Assembly (NCBI GenBank): GCA_040954595.2
Contig: CM082578.2
Coordinates: 8,417,519 to 8,481,518, forward strand
Source: Balanoglossus misakiensis
Lineage: Eukaryota > Animalia > Hemichordata
Direction: 5' to 3'
DNA: 64,000 nt
The first letter of the stretch is position 1, and each line of letters starts with the position of its first letter. This document shows positions 48,678-61,300 of this stretch, in pieces. A program made the translations under genes and the position numbers. The notes beneath the pieces were generated by a model. The model was not told the origin of the DNA and searched no databases. It saw only the letters and a program-made list of their open reading frames with translations.

Positions 48678-51600
48678 ATGGCAAACTTCGGTGCACCGAT
48701 TTCCGATGATGAAAAGGTGAGCTTTCATTGCATTTTATGTTTTGAGTTTTTGTTTCACGAGCTAGGAGACTTCTGTTTAATCCCATGTGTGAATGTCACA
48801 GGAAAATGTAGGAGATATAATGCGTTTCTCGTCGCCTTTTGACAGCACTTCCTGTTCGGCGGGTTTGATCGCCGTAGACTGGCTCATTGAAAATACACCC
48901 CGAAAAGTTTTTTTTCTTCCTTGCCGACACGTGAGCAAACATTGCCGCACTAGCAAGGCCAGTAATGTGTGAATGTGTATGTAATTTCTAGTTTGTGGCA
49001 CGACTATAAGTTAATATGATTAACGAAAAACCGACAAGGTCCTCTTGGAAAGATACACCCGGAAACGCTGCTTACGGTGAGGGCAGTACAATGAACGGTG
49101 AATGAGATGTTTTCAATGGGCGTGTTAGCCCAGTGTCGGGTTATTAACACCTACAGAAGATTTCCTTATATGGAAGAATTCTGTAACACAGGAAAAATCT
49201 TGCAGCATTAATCACAACACCAGCGAGGTCAATTTAAATTATTTGAGGCAGTCGTAAATAAAACGTTTAAATTCTGTGAGGTCGTTTGACTTCATTGGAA
49301 ATGGCCAGTATGCAATGTGTACACATAACTTCATTGCCATGGTCAACAACTGTTGTGCTTTGTCATTTCAAAGCTGGCGAATGTTCGCACATTTTGTCCA
49401 CATTTAACTATAAATAATTATGCTACCCTAAAATTTATCTACCCTAATTCTGAAGGGTGTATTACAGAAAACACACATTTTTGTACTTTGACCGAAGCAG
49501 TAGAACAAAACATGAATTTTTTTTTCAGGTTCAGCTTACAAGTACAAGATTTATTGGGTTTCTATTGGCACCATGTGGGGACTATTGTTGATTTGCATAG
49601 GCCAAAATCTGAGCTTAAAATGACTGTTTGCAATTTTAAGGAAGTGGGAAGGGACAAAGCAAGTGTCCTTAGGTGTTATAGTTTAGGAATCATCATCCAT
49701 TAACATTATGTGATGTGAAGACAATATGGTTAAGGTGACTGGACGATTAATGTTTTACAATTAAAACACAATGTAGATTTGCTGGACAAACATAATATGT
49801 TTGGCTGCAAAGTAATGTTAAGAACATAATACATATGATATGTTCTTAACATTACTTTGCAGCCATGAGACTAAGCAAAGTTTATCATTTAACAACCAGG
49901 AAGTGTTAGGCATCCATACAGACTGGCTGACATTGAAGTTTAATCACAGATACACATAATTTATTGTGAATACAGAGGACAATCTTTATGAGGCATGGTG
50001 GAGTTATTTATCAATAAATTGTACCATGCAATAGAAATTCCTAAAGGCTTGCGTGATTAGCCATAATCCTTCTTACAACACATTGAAATACTTAGCGCAG
50101 TTAGTGATAGCATAGACAGTACTATCTATGGTGATAGTAAGAAAGTTCATTCATTTTCAAGGTCAACTGTGCATGGTGCTGCACTGAAATTAGAATACTC
50201 AAGGGCATTCAGTGGCTTTCAATCAATCTGTATCATTTAGACCACACGAGATAAAGTCAGTTAGACCTTGTGCACAGTGCATTATACTTAGACCAACTAT
50301 ATTCAGAGCTTGAAATTAAATTTTTAATGCAACGGTCTGTGTGGTCCACGGATGGCAAATTGCAGCTGCAAGGTAGTCAGTACATGTTTACCTGTGTTCA
50401 TAATCATAGTGCTGAATATCAGTTTGAATTATTATTTTAATTCCTGAGAGATCTTTGAAAACAACTAAAAAAATAACTAAAAAGAAATATTGCAATTGTT
50501 GCCACAATGACATATTTTTCCTTTAGTGTCTGTTCCAAATACGCACATTATTTTTGGTTAATAATAAAAGTTTATTGAAGTTATGTAGAAAGACTCGGAA
50601 GTAAACAGTTTCAACCATATACCAGGTAAGTGCAATAAATCTGGAATGTGCAAAGTCCAACATCATGATGTTTATTTTGTGTTATATCAAACTTGTTTTC
50701 TTCTTTTGCTAGATTCGAATTGCGTCGGATTTTATTAAACACGCCCCACCGGGAGAATTCAATGAAGTTTTCAGTGGTAAGTGTACATGGAATTGTTTCG
50801 GTTATGCGACATTCACACAATTGCCATGATCCCTGGAGAAAGATTTTTCCAGTTGGGTTGGTTATTTTGGTAACATATTAACCTGTTGAAAACAAACTTG
50901 TCAAGTGGGTTTCTAGGGGTTTCAGAAAACCTGTGGTTTTGCAAGCTTGCATATACGAATACTGCGTTCAAGAAAAAAACTTAATTTGACAAGCAACAGC
51001 CCTTTCCTTCATAAATACTGCCAGTGGAATTTTGAAATGTGTCCATATGAACAATTGCGTTATTGGTTTTTGTGTTATTTTGCTACATTATATTCAAATG
51101 CATTGCAGGGATTGAAGAAGTGAAATAAATCAAATTGTTCATTTGTTAGTGAAGTAATGGATGAAATATAAAGTGCACTGGGATGGTGCCATTTTGTTGT
51201 GGTGTTCAGGAGTTCAGACAGGGAAATTTGCCTGTGAATGGATTATGGGGGCGGTGGGTCATATGCAGGTGCAGATTTTTTAAATGTATAATTGATTAGT
51301 GAGAACAGCTGAATTATGATTTCCTCTGTTCTGCACATGATAAATGGAGTTGGCTAAAAGCTTTAATAAATCAAGTAGCTTTCATCTGTTCACCAAGGCA
51401 TCCCTTATAGTAAAAAAATAGCAGCGTGACTACCAACACTAGATTTTCAGTGTCTTAAAACTGCTCTGCTAACATAGTAACAGTCAAAATGGCAGTATTT
51501 CACACTAGTCTAGCCACATTTGTAGCATTAGTGTTTAATAAATAATATTTCTTGACATTCCTTTCCAGACGTTCGCTATCTAGTTGATAATGATCGCCTT

Positions 51601-54441
51601 CTGAAAGAAGGAGCTTCCAGGTATTTCAATTTAATTTTTAAAACAGATCTTGCATGTAAAATCATTAATTTTCAGTAGCATTTAATTTCACTGTTTTGCA
51701 CTCAGTGTATGGTATGAGTTAAATGCCACTGGTTTGAGATTTTGGCCTTTATATTTGATGTTATCAGAGTGTAAGTTTGTTTTCAGTAACCCATCTGTTC
51801 TAAACTCTTCCTATGTTCAGATGTATATTCCCATGCCCATAGTGAGTGGCTGGCATTTACAAACTAAATGTTGCTTTCCTTTGTTTTCAGTGCATTTTCC
51901 CAGTATAACAAGGATCAGTTCACCCCAATGAAAGTAGAAGGTTCAGATGATAGGGTAAGCAAATAAACACTGTTCACGTATAAAAAACACACACACACAC
52001 ACACAGAAAAAAGAACAGTATTCACTGCACAAAGCAAGTATCAACCAATTGGTCATATCAGTGATGGTCACATATTTGGTACTTGTGTTAAATTCAAAAT
52101 TGTCTGCATATTAAACATCACAAAGACTATCATGCCATTTCGAAACCATTGTATGTGTACAGATGTGTTAAAAGTTTGTTTTTTTCTCTCCAGGTATTGC
52201 TCACAGAGTACGGCGATGTGGGTGGTTCCCGTTTTTTAGACCCAAAGACCAAACGCACATTTGCCGTTGATCATCTACGGAAGGAAGCGTCAGACCCTCA
52301 ACCAGCCAATGATCTTATAGACCACACAGCTGAGCCTTGGAGAGAGGCCTTTGATAATGCATTCAGACAGACTGTTGTCGCTCATTATTCCAATGGATAC
52401 TCAACAGTAAGTGTCGGAATGACAGTGCAAATATTAATTTTTTTTACTTAATAGTCGTTTTCTTTATTAAATTGTATAGTTGTCATAATTGGCTTTGTTA
52501 TGGTTGAGATTTCTCTTTTGTTTCTAATAATAATAACGCCTGTCTTTGTTCAGTACTTGTTATTGTTTATGAACATGTTTCAAAATGAGATGTATCCCAG
52601 TTCATAAAAAGTTCAAATGACCAGCATAGTAGTTGCAACACTGTTGTATTTTTCCTGTTTACTGGATCTGCGTTGCTTTCTATGCTGTCACTGCACTGGT
52701 CTGTGCATTTGTCTTTTGTGCACTTGTCAATGATTCGTGATAGCTGCATAATAAAATCAATGCACATCTTGTTCTAGGTATATTGTAAGAGCTCAGGTGG
52801 AAATATAACATTGATAGCATGTATTGAAGACCACCAGTTTCAACCGCACAACTATTGGTAAGTTTTAAATTGGCTAGTACACACAGTGGCTAGGGCATTG
52901 GTTACACAATTTATTCATTCCTTGTCAACAACAAGTCACTGGTTATTAAAGAACAACATTCAGAAAGAAAAAAAAATCACACACACACCCCCCTGCCTTT
53001 TAACCCTTTCACTCCCATGGTTTGGTCCAAATCCATTGTTTCCTGTGGTGAAGTGGAATCTCTAAAGAAAGACCTAGGGGTGAAAGGGTTATTAGCAACA
53101 TTAGTCCTTGGTGGTTCCTGTCAGGTTGCTGGTGTAGGAGGAAGTTAAGCACACTGATATTTGTCATCTTACCTTTGACCTCAGTATATAAATAAGTCTT
53201 TGGGAACCATTCACCTGAAACTATACGCCCAAGAGTACTAGCATCCAGTGGCACCCTTAACCTCTTAATAATTTTTCAGTGGAAAGGGTTTATTTTTGTC
53301 TTCAGGAATTAATGAATTAAATTGATTTTGTCAGTGGTGATAATGTAGCAAAATTTCAAATGTTGTATTCAGTGTAAGGGTGAATCGGATTGTTACATTT
53401 TCCACACAAAAATTATCAGGATTCTACTTTTACAAACTGTTTCATTTTATGTGTGATACTTCCTTATACACTATTTTTAATGATCCTGTGAGCCAAACTA
53501 CCAAATTCAAGGAACAAAACCTGAACGATTGAAAGCATAACATTCTACTAGGTTATTTTTATACTATAAATAACCCTGGTATCCTCCTTCCCCCATTGAA
53601 ACTGTTATCATTGTTACAGAGCAATGATACTGTGTCATTTCCCCACGAGTAACTTCCTCTTTCAGTACAGCTGTTTACATGTACATTTGTAGCTTAATTT
53701 ATTGAAACCTAAAGACTGAATATTACCCATTATTGTTATCAAAATCCTCACACAAGAAGCGTCTCTGCACATTGGTAGTTTGTCATTATTGGCCTTCAAC
53801 CTCATGTTATGTGTACCTTTGCATGTAGGAATGGCCGTTGGCGTTCTCAGTGGTCTGTCTCGTTCTCACCATCTTCAAATTCTGCTGATGTGTCAGGATT
53901 ACTGAAGGTCCAGGTGCACTACTATGAAGACGGCAATGTCCAGCTTGTCAGTCACAAAGACATCAAAGAGAAAGTTCAATTTACTGTGAGTACCTAGTCT
54001 TGCAGGTGTTACACAAGTCGCATGTTCTGAGACAATAGAATCAGTATATGTCCAGCAACCAGTAGAATACTGAATTTGTCTGGCTGGTCAGTACAGTTTT
54101 TTTTTATACATGCAGTATGAGCAGGAGAGAGTTCTGGTTGTGCGTATAGTTGTTCCATTCACCAGGTGGACTGCAGTTTTTAAAAATAACTCCCGTAAAA
54201 TGACACGAATATTTTCTGCTCCCCTTGTCTCTTCCAGGACAAAGACACCCTTGCAAAGAATGTATGCAAGCTAATAGAAGAGGCGGAAAACACGTATCAG
54301 ACTGCGCTGTCGGAGAACTACACCGCAATGTCAGATACCACTTTCAAAGCCTTAAGGAGACAGCTTCCAGTGACGCGCACCAAGATTGATTGGCACAAAA
54401 TCGTTAGTTATAGAATCGGGCAGGCGCTGAAGAAAGATTGA
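48678..54441 (+). CDS. CAPZA: F-actin capping protein subunit alpha; exons 48678-48716, 50713-50776, 51569-51620, 51891-51954, 52194-52406, 52778-52857, 53829-53985, 54238-54441
   Basis: [13 protein letters not shown]|[110 protein letters not shown]; all GT-AG and in phase; AATAAA near 56614 and 56646. Confidence 0.97.
49802..49865. repeat. perfect 27-bp inverted repeat with 10-nt loop in CAPZA intron 1
   Basis: TGGCTGCAAAGTAATGTTAAGAACATA / TATGTTCTTAACATTACTTTGCAGCCA. Confidence 0.9.
50111..50130. mobile_element. 20-bp hairpin CATAGACAGT-ACTATCTATG flanked by 7-bp direct repeat GTGATAG (transposon footprint)
   Basis: Direct repeats at 50104-50110 and 50131-50137. Confidence 0.7.
53000..53091. 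mobile_element. piggyBac-like ~92-bp MITE, family copy
   Basis: TTAACCCTTTCAC...GTGAAAGGGTTA; internal similarity to 3433-3525. Confidence 0.6.
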
Positions 54442-57400
54442 GATGACTATCCCAGAGCTGTACATTACCACTATATTATGAGGGAGTGCATTTTAACTCT
54501 GAATTCCTGTATTTACTTGTTTTTTTGTTTTGTTTTGATTTCCAATCCAGTGAGGAGCCATTGATCAGTTATTACCACAAAAGAACTTTATAAATACTTG
54601 TATTAAACATGAACTCTTGGGGCTAGCACTTATGTAGTCAAGAGGACAATCGGCCTCCGGATGTGTAGACTGTAATTTGGGAAAGTCGAGTTGAAAGAAA
54701 AAATTGTAATTAGATGTACTCCATGGATATTTTGGAACAAAAAATGAGGGGAGAGCCATGCACAGGGAACAGGCAGAAATCTACACTGTCATATGATGTA
54801 GTCACACTGCTATGTTTGAAAGCTAAATGTTTCTGCTGACTCAGCAGTAGGTAAATTCTGCTATTAAGCGTGTTTTGCCGTCTTGAGTAAAAATAGCCAG
54901 GGCATATAAGGTTAAGATCTTTGCTGCTATTATCAGAACTGTGTACTTGTCTTTTGTTCGGTCCTTGTTTTTGTGCAGTTTGAATATTGGGATCAGATGA
55001 TTTGATTCAGATCGTGGCCTCAGGCTGACATCTCTTCAAAGTTTCAATAGTATAATATAATACATGTATAAACATCTTTTACCCAAAATCACATACCACC
55101 ATCCATCCTGTAGTGTGTTCAGCACGTCTTTGTGTGACCGTACCAGAGTTACCCGACTTGTGTTTTTTCGGTTGTCACAACAAAGATTTAGCTGAAATCT
55201 ATCATTCGACTGCCGTAGAAGAAAATGCCAAACAGGACTGATAATTGGCCCTTGTATGAACTTGCCTGGCACAGAAAGCACTAGCTTTTCTTTGAAAGGC
55301 AAACATGCAGTGTTTTCCTAGATCCTGCCACACTAGTGATACTTTGTAGTGAGTGTCTGATGAAAGATTACATTTATACCAATTACATTACAAGGTTTAT
55401 CTAGAACATCTCAATGAGACACTATAATATCAAATGGGGAGTAATGTGGTTATTAGGTTAATAGCAGAACTGTCGGCGTTCGGGCGTGTAAAATCCCTTG
55501 GAACAGGTGATATTGGGGAACTGGGATGTCTATAGAAGTGTCTTCCTTTATACTCTTGAACTTGTCAAGTACTTAGTATTATGCGCTTGTCATTGCACCA
55601 TGCTTAACTGGTCAATTACTTCACTATTATCAAAACGTTCAGATGTTTACCCAGGAATCCAGTCATTGTCTTCATGAAAGAGATCATGCGTGTCTGTACA
55701 GAGGTAGATCATATGGTTCCCTATTTCCAAACGGCCACATGTTTCCAGTCCCGAGTTCTTCATTGTCAAACGCTACAGCGATGACGTATGTGCCACCCAT
55801 CTTGTAGCATTGATAAAGATGAGTGTCTCAGGTAAACCTTCTAAAAGTCTGAAATCACGAAGGATGTGGCGGTCTCATTAGCTTCTCATAATCTTCCCTG
55901 TTTGCTGAGGTAACATTTACAAAGATGGAGGAGGGTGAGTGCGAGACAATGTACTTGTAAAACCCTGGCCCTCATTGGTCATTTGGAAGTTGAAGTGACC
56001 AACCAGAATTGCCCTTGAAGTTCCACAGCCCAAGTTTGTGATTGCAGTGGAGTCCAGGTGCCCCCATATACAGCCCCTTTAACAATCAAAACTTTGCTAT
56101 ACAAAAGTTCACTCAAGATATGTTTTACTCTGTAATGATGATTATTGCATTTGAGGAATTTTTTTTTGCATCCTCTGCATGCAGATAGTTTTGTACAGAC
56201 ACAATGTAATGAAGTTCAGGTATCAATGTAAGTTTGGTCAACTAATAGAAGAGGTAAACGTTTCCTTCCGTGTAGAGGGGCACAGAGTTTGATTCTTTCT
56301 TTCATTTAAAAGAAAACATTTCTTTGAATGTCACAAATTTATCTGTAATTTGAGAATAGTTGGGGGTCGGGGATGCAGAGGCACTTTGATATATTTTGTA
56401 GTATTTTACCAGAGTCGTACAAAACAGTTGTCTATTGTGCAACAAACTTAAGAGAAAAAAAAGTTTGTCTGTAGAGTCTAGTCAGCATTATCACAACTGA
56501 TTCTTCAAATAAGAAAAAAAAGAGAGGAGAATGGTCTCCATAGTTACCAGTGCCATCATTTCATTCCTGTGACTTTTATGTATCATGTAACATTTTTGGC
56601 CAATGTCTATTATAAATAAAAAAAGATATCCTCTTTTCTGAATTAAATAAAAAAAATATCCCAACTTTAATGAGTTTGTATATCATCTGTTTGTGCTGTT
56701 GTGATGCTTGCAGCTCTCTGCTGCCAAGGATTCTTACCCAGCAGAGAGATTCACCCTTTCTGTCGGTCATACCAGTTTGTACTTCTTTCTTTGTTTCGAG
56801 AGCTTGGAGTGACCGTGGTTTCGCATTCTCGTGTGATTATTCCAAAGCGCTTCGTAAAGGGGCGCCCTCGTGCACCTGTAAGGGGAGAGTACACTACAAT
56901 AATTTTCACGTGATTAGTACCATACCACAATCACGTGCTAAATGGCATATTTTTTATGCTATAGTATATCATACGTAAACACCGCGTGATTTTTCACTAG
57001 CTCTTTACTCCAAGTCACGAAGTGTAGTTTCATATTTATATCGACGGTGCCGCCCTCGACGAGGCCTGAGGTACTAAAAAAAGTTTCATCCAAGTCATGA
57101 TAAAACTCATCACTGTTTTAAACGTGTTTCTAGCACGTCAATATTTTTGCATAAAATGTCTGTATAACCTACACGAATACCACAAAAATTGGACTGATGC
57201 GGAGATACAAAAGCTTTTCGTCTTTCCGCATTGCAAAAAATTGATACAATTTAAATTTCTGTGTGCTTGAGTTTCAGGACAATATTCTTGTTTTTGAATT
57301 GCGATACCCAAAACAAATTCAGGAATTACATTACTGGCTACTTGTATTTTGATAGCACTGCAAGCCTTTGCCCAGAAACAAGAAATAATCTGTAACACTG

Positions 57401-57597
57401 GGATATGACTCACACAGCAGTGACTCGCGTTTTGTAATCCACGAGCTGAAGAGCCGAAAAAGAAAACACAAGACTGCGACAGTAACAATGGTATAAATGT
57501 GCTCTTTCAGTGGTATGCGAATATTATTAACATGTTAGTGACGTTGTAGCTCCCCTGTCACGCGCGCATAGTGGAATCGCCGAAAGTGTGACCCCTT

Positions 57598-57605
57598 TGA
57601 CGTCA
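57598..57605. promoter_or_regulatory. palindromic CRE (TGACGTCA) in a CpG-rich patch upstream of TBC1D25
   Basis: Exact consensus match; function untested. Confidence 0.4.
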
Positions 57606-57671
57606 CACAGTATTATTACGCGTGCGCTCATGCTCAGTGAACGACACTGAGCTGGCAGGCATCTTTCAAAC

Positions 57672-58261
57672 TAGCTCTGGACTTATGCGCTGTTTGGGTC
57701 TACGCTGCTCTCCGTCCCCCACAGCTATGGAGCCATGCGTAGGAAATCCTGTTGGGTTGCGGAGCAAAATGATTCGCACCGATTTTCAAACAATAAACTA
57801 CATGAACATGTACATAATGTTGTCAGAAATAAAGATCGAACGAAAATTTCACAAATGGGAACCTACTTGACGTGTTTGTCGCCGAATCGTAAACGTCGTT
57901 AACGCAGCGCCGTAAAACTGGTGACCCTCCCATGCAAACATGGACGTTCGCCTTCATTTAAGTCATGTGATCGACACGTGTTTTACTCGGCGTGTTTGTA
58001 TGGGAGGGTCACCAGTTTTACGGCGCTGCGTTAACGACGTTTACGATTCGGCGACAAACACGTCAAGTAGGTTCCCATTTGTGAAATTTTCGTTCGATCT
58101 TTATTTCTGACAACATTATGTACATGTTCATGTAGTTTATTGTTTGAAAATCGGTGCGAATCATTTTGCTCCGCAACCCAACAGGATTTCCTACGCATGG
58201 CTCCATAGCTGTGGGGGACGGAGAGCAGCGTAGACCCAAACAGCGCATAAGTCCAGAGCTA
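57672..58261. mobile_element. 590-bp fold-back MITE, ~260-bp near-perfect TIRs, 9-bp TSD CTTTCAAAC (Mutator-like)
   Basis: TAGCTCTGGACTTATGCGC ... GCGCATAAGTCCAGAGCTA; TSD at 57663-57671 and 58262-58270; the same peptide appears on both strands in the ORF track. Confidence 0.92.
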
Positions 58262-58300
58262 CTTTCAAACCGAACAGATGTGAGCGAAAAACAGCCAAGA

Positions 58301-61300
58301 ATGGCCGCCGTTACCTCGCCTGCCGACCGCGAGGCGATCCGGATAAGAGTGAAGGTGAGTCTGGCCCAATTTCCCGGCGTCTCCGCCGTTTTCTGCTTCT
58401 GTCAACACCAGTCACTGATCCGGTGTAGTACACGTAAGCCGAATCTGCCTGCGTAACACGGGCCCTCAATGGTGATATATTTACAGTAGACACATGAGAG
58501 GCCTACCACATACATACATATACATACGGACATACTGTCGTGCTCTTCATATAATATAATGTGTAGGCGTTCATCATGGTAATTTCTTGTAAGATATCAA
58601 TAATTTATTCAAACTACCCGTCAGGAAAATGTCCTGCACTATGATTTTCTGACAATCGTGGTGAAGCTGAGTGATTCCTACTGACACTGGGCCTGGATGA
58701 AAACATCCTGTCCAGAGGTGATTGTAGTTTTCTTCTTTTTGTCACAAACTAACATGTACAAATACGTATTTGTAACTGTAACAGTGTACGGGGTTTGAGA
58801 TAAACCCGCAGCTTGATTGACACATTATTAACAAATTAATAATTTGATAGCAAATCTGATGTCAACATGTAGTACACTGTACAGCTGTCAAGGTGTTGTG
58901 TGGGAGCCTATTTTAATTTCTTTCGATGTGTTACTTATGCTGTTCCACTCACAGATAGAACCATACTCTATGACCCATTGTTACAATTGAACTCATGCCA
59001 TTATCATACTCCCATCAGTTAATTTTGGTCAGTGCCACAAATCGTCTACATGACACGGTCACACCCACGTACAAGACATTAGCATCCATCCAATCTGATT
59101 AAAATCAGATGTAGTGTACGGCGACGTCTTTTACTTACGCAAGTGCAGTATTATTCTTATGCTATCTCCTCACACTGTGACATCATAAGAATACCACACT
59201 GCGTAAGTAAAAGACGTTGCCGTACCCTACATCTGATTTTAATCAGATCGGCAACCATCAAACCTGTAACTTCTTCAAGATTGTTTCAAAGCATGACCAA
59301 AGAATAGATAACATGCGTCATGAGAGTAAGTTTGGACGGGAAACTCATTGGACTTTGTCATTTGACTTAGAAACAATACACCCAAACTAATGATTCTGAT
59401 GTTGGACCATTCCATTTTTGGATGAACATATCGTTGTGATGGTCTTTATAGATGAACCTGTCCCATTCATTCTGGCAATTGACAGATCTTATGCTGTAGG
59501 CTGTATATATACATTGTATTTCAATTCTTTCTTAGACCTGCTGTCTACTTTCATAGTCTTCATTTTGCGTATTTACTATGCTTTTGTAACCATGACAACA
59601 GTAATTGTCCTAAAGAAAGATTTGACAAAGAGAATTTTTTTGACATGGACAGTCTCACCTTTCCATGACTTTCTTACTGCGGAAAGTATTCATCTGTCAA
59701 TTTGCAATAATTGATATTCTTAAATGTGACAAAAATGAGCACATCCATGTCACAAAAGGAGTATTCATTCTTGTGGAAAAAATACTAACTCTCTTTATGC
59801 ATATCTGGGAAAAATGTTTTCTGGTCATGTAGCATATTCTTATCCTCAATCCCAGCCTTCTGTTGAGGTTCCCATGGGGCTGTGCTGTGCTCTGTTTGAA
59901 AAGGAAAGTGAAATTTAGTTCCAAGGGCAGAGTTTACAGTTCAGCTAATGTTATCTGCGTGTGCAGCATATATAAATGATTTAGCTGAATACTTGGTTCT
60001 CACTTTTTGTTGGATTATTTGACAAGTATATGATATTTGATTATGTGGATGTTGTTATGGTACATATTTGGGGCCAAGAGACATCATGGCTGTATTGTTG
60101 TTTATTGTGAGACTTGACTTAGGTGGTCCAGGTAAGAATTCATTATGTAGACTTTGATGAGATCCATATTGTCGGAAAATTCATTGTTATCATTGGAAGT
60201 GAATTCAGGTCTAGGACACCCCGTTGTCATTGCCAGTGTTTAATATTCCTTTGTGTGAGGGATTGAACAATTGAGTGATTCATATGCTTAATGATCCAAT
60301 AGAAAAATTGAATACACACAAAGAATGTAACCTTGTACTTGTCATCTGTCAGTGCCTGGTAAGCACCCAAGCTGGTACATGTAAGTACATGTAGTATGTC
60401 TAAAATGATATAGAGATCAACAAATTATTGTGGAAAAAGTAGTAGATAATTCTTTGAATTCTTCTGTGTGTATCAATGTGCAACAGTTTCCTGTATCACT
60501 ATCTATGATCGAAAACTGTTCCATAGCAGTAATAATATCCATTGTCTCAGTGCTTCAAGGAAAATGATACTGCCATACTGTTTTGTTGTTAGTGGGCTAC
60601 ATGGATACCAGTACAGCAATGAGCATGTGTGCTGATAATCTCGTGATCCCACAAAAAGAAAATGATCAGTTCGTTTATTTGGATTCTTCTCAGTTCAAAA
60701 TGTCCTCCTTGCAAGAATCCATGACTGCTGTATAAATCATACGCGAGACAGTTGTGCTTATATCCATCAGACCATAATCATAAATTAGACACATTACATT
60801 TTCATTGATGCTGTGCATAGGGAGTAAACAGTAGGCATATCATTCTCACTTTGAGTTTGAAACTGCTGCAACCAGAAATTTGATGACACACAAGTTTTTG
60901 ATCTCATTCTCCAGGTGACCTCTTGACCCCATAAGGGTACCAGCATGTTTCATTGCATTTTATTGGGAAGCCATTTTTCTCTATTCGCCCGTTCTATATA
61001 GCACCAAGGAAAAAATCAAAGGACATGAGTAAGCAATAGAATTAGGAGTCACTTTATTTGTACCTTTCTGTATGACCATGTAAAAATATCAGTAAATGCT
61101 TGGGAAAAACCCATTATACTGTATATGTATTTATACAAATGCGGAAGCTCTTACAGTGGGGAGAGTTGAACACTCTAGTGACTTAATAACATTTTCATTA
61201 CCAAGAGTCTCTCCTTTTCAATAACATTCATAACAAACATACTTGAAATCAAACACAGAATTTTATCATGTAAAATGAGTGTATGTGTATTTTGCTACTC

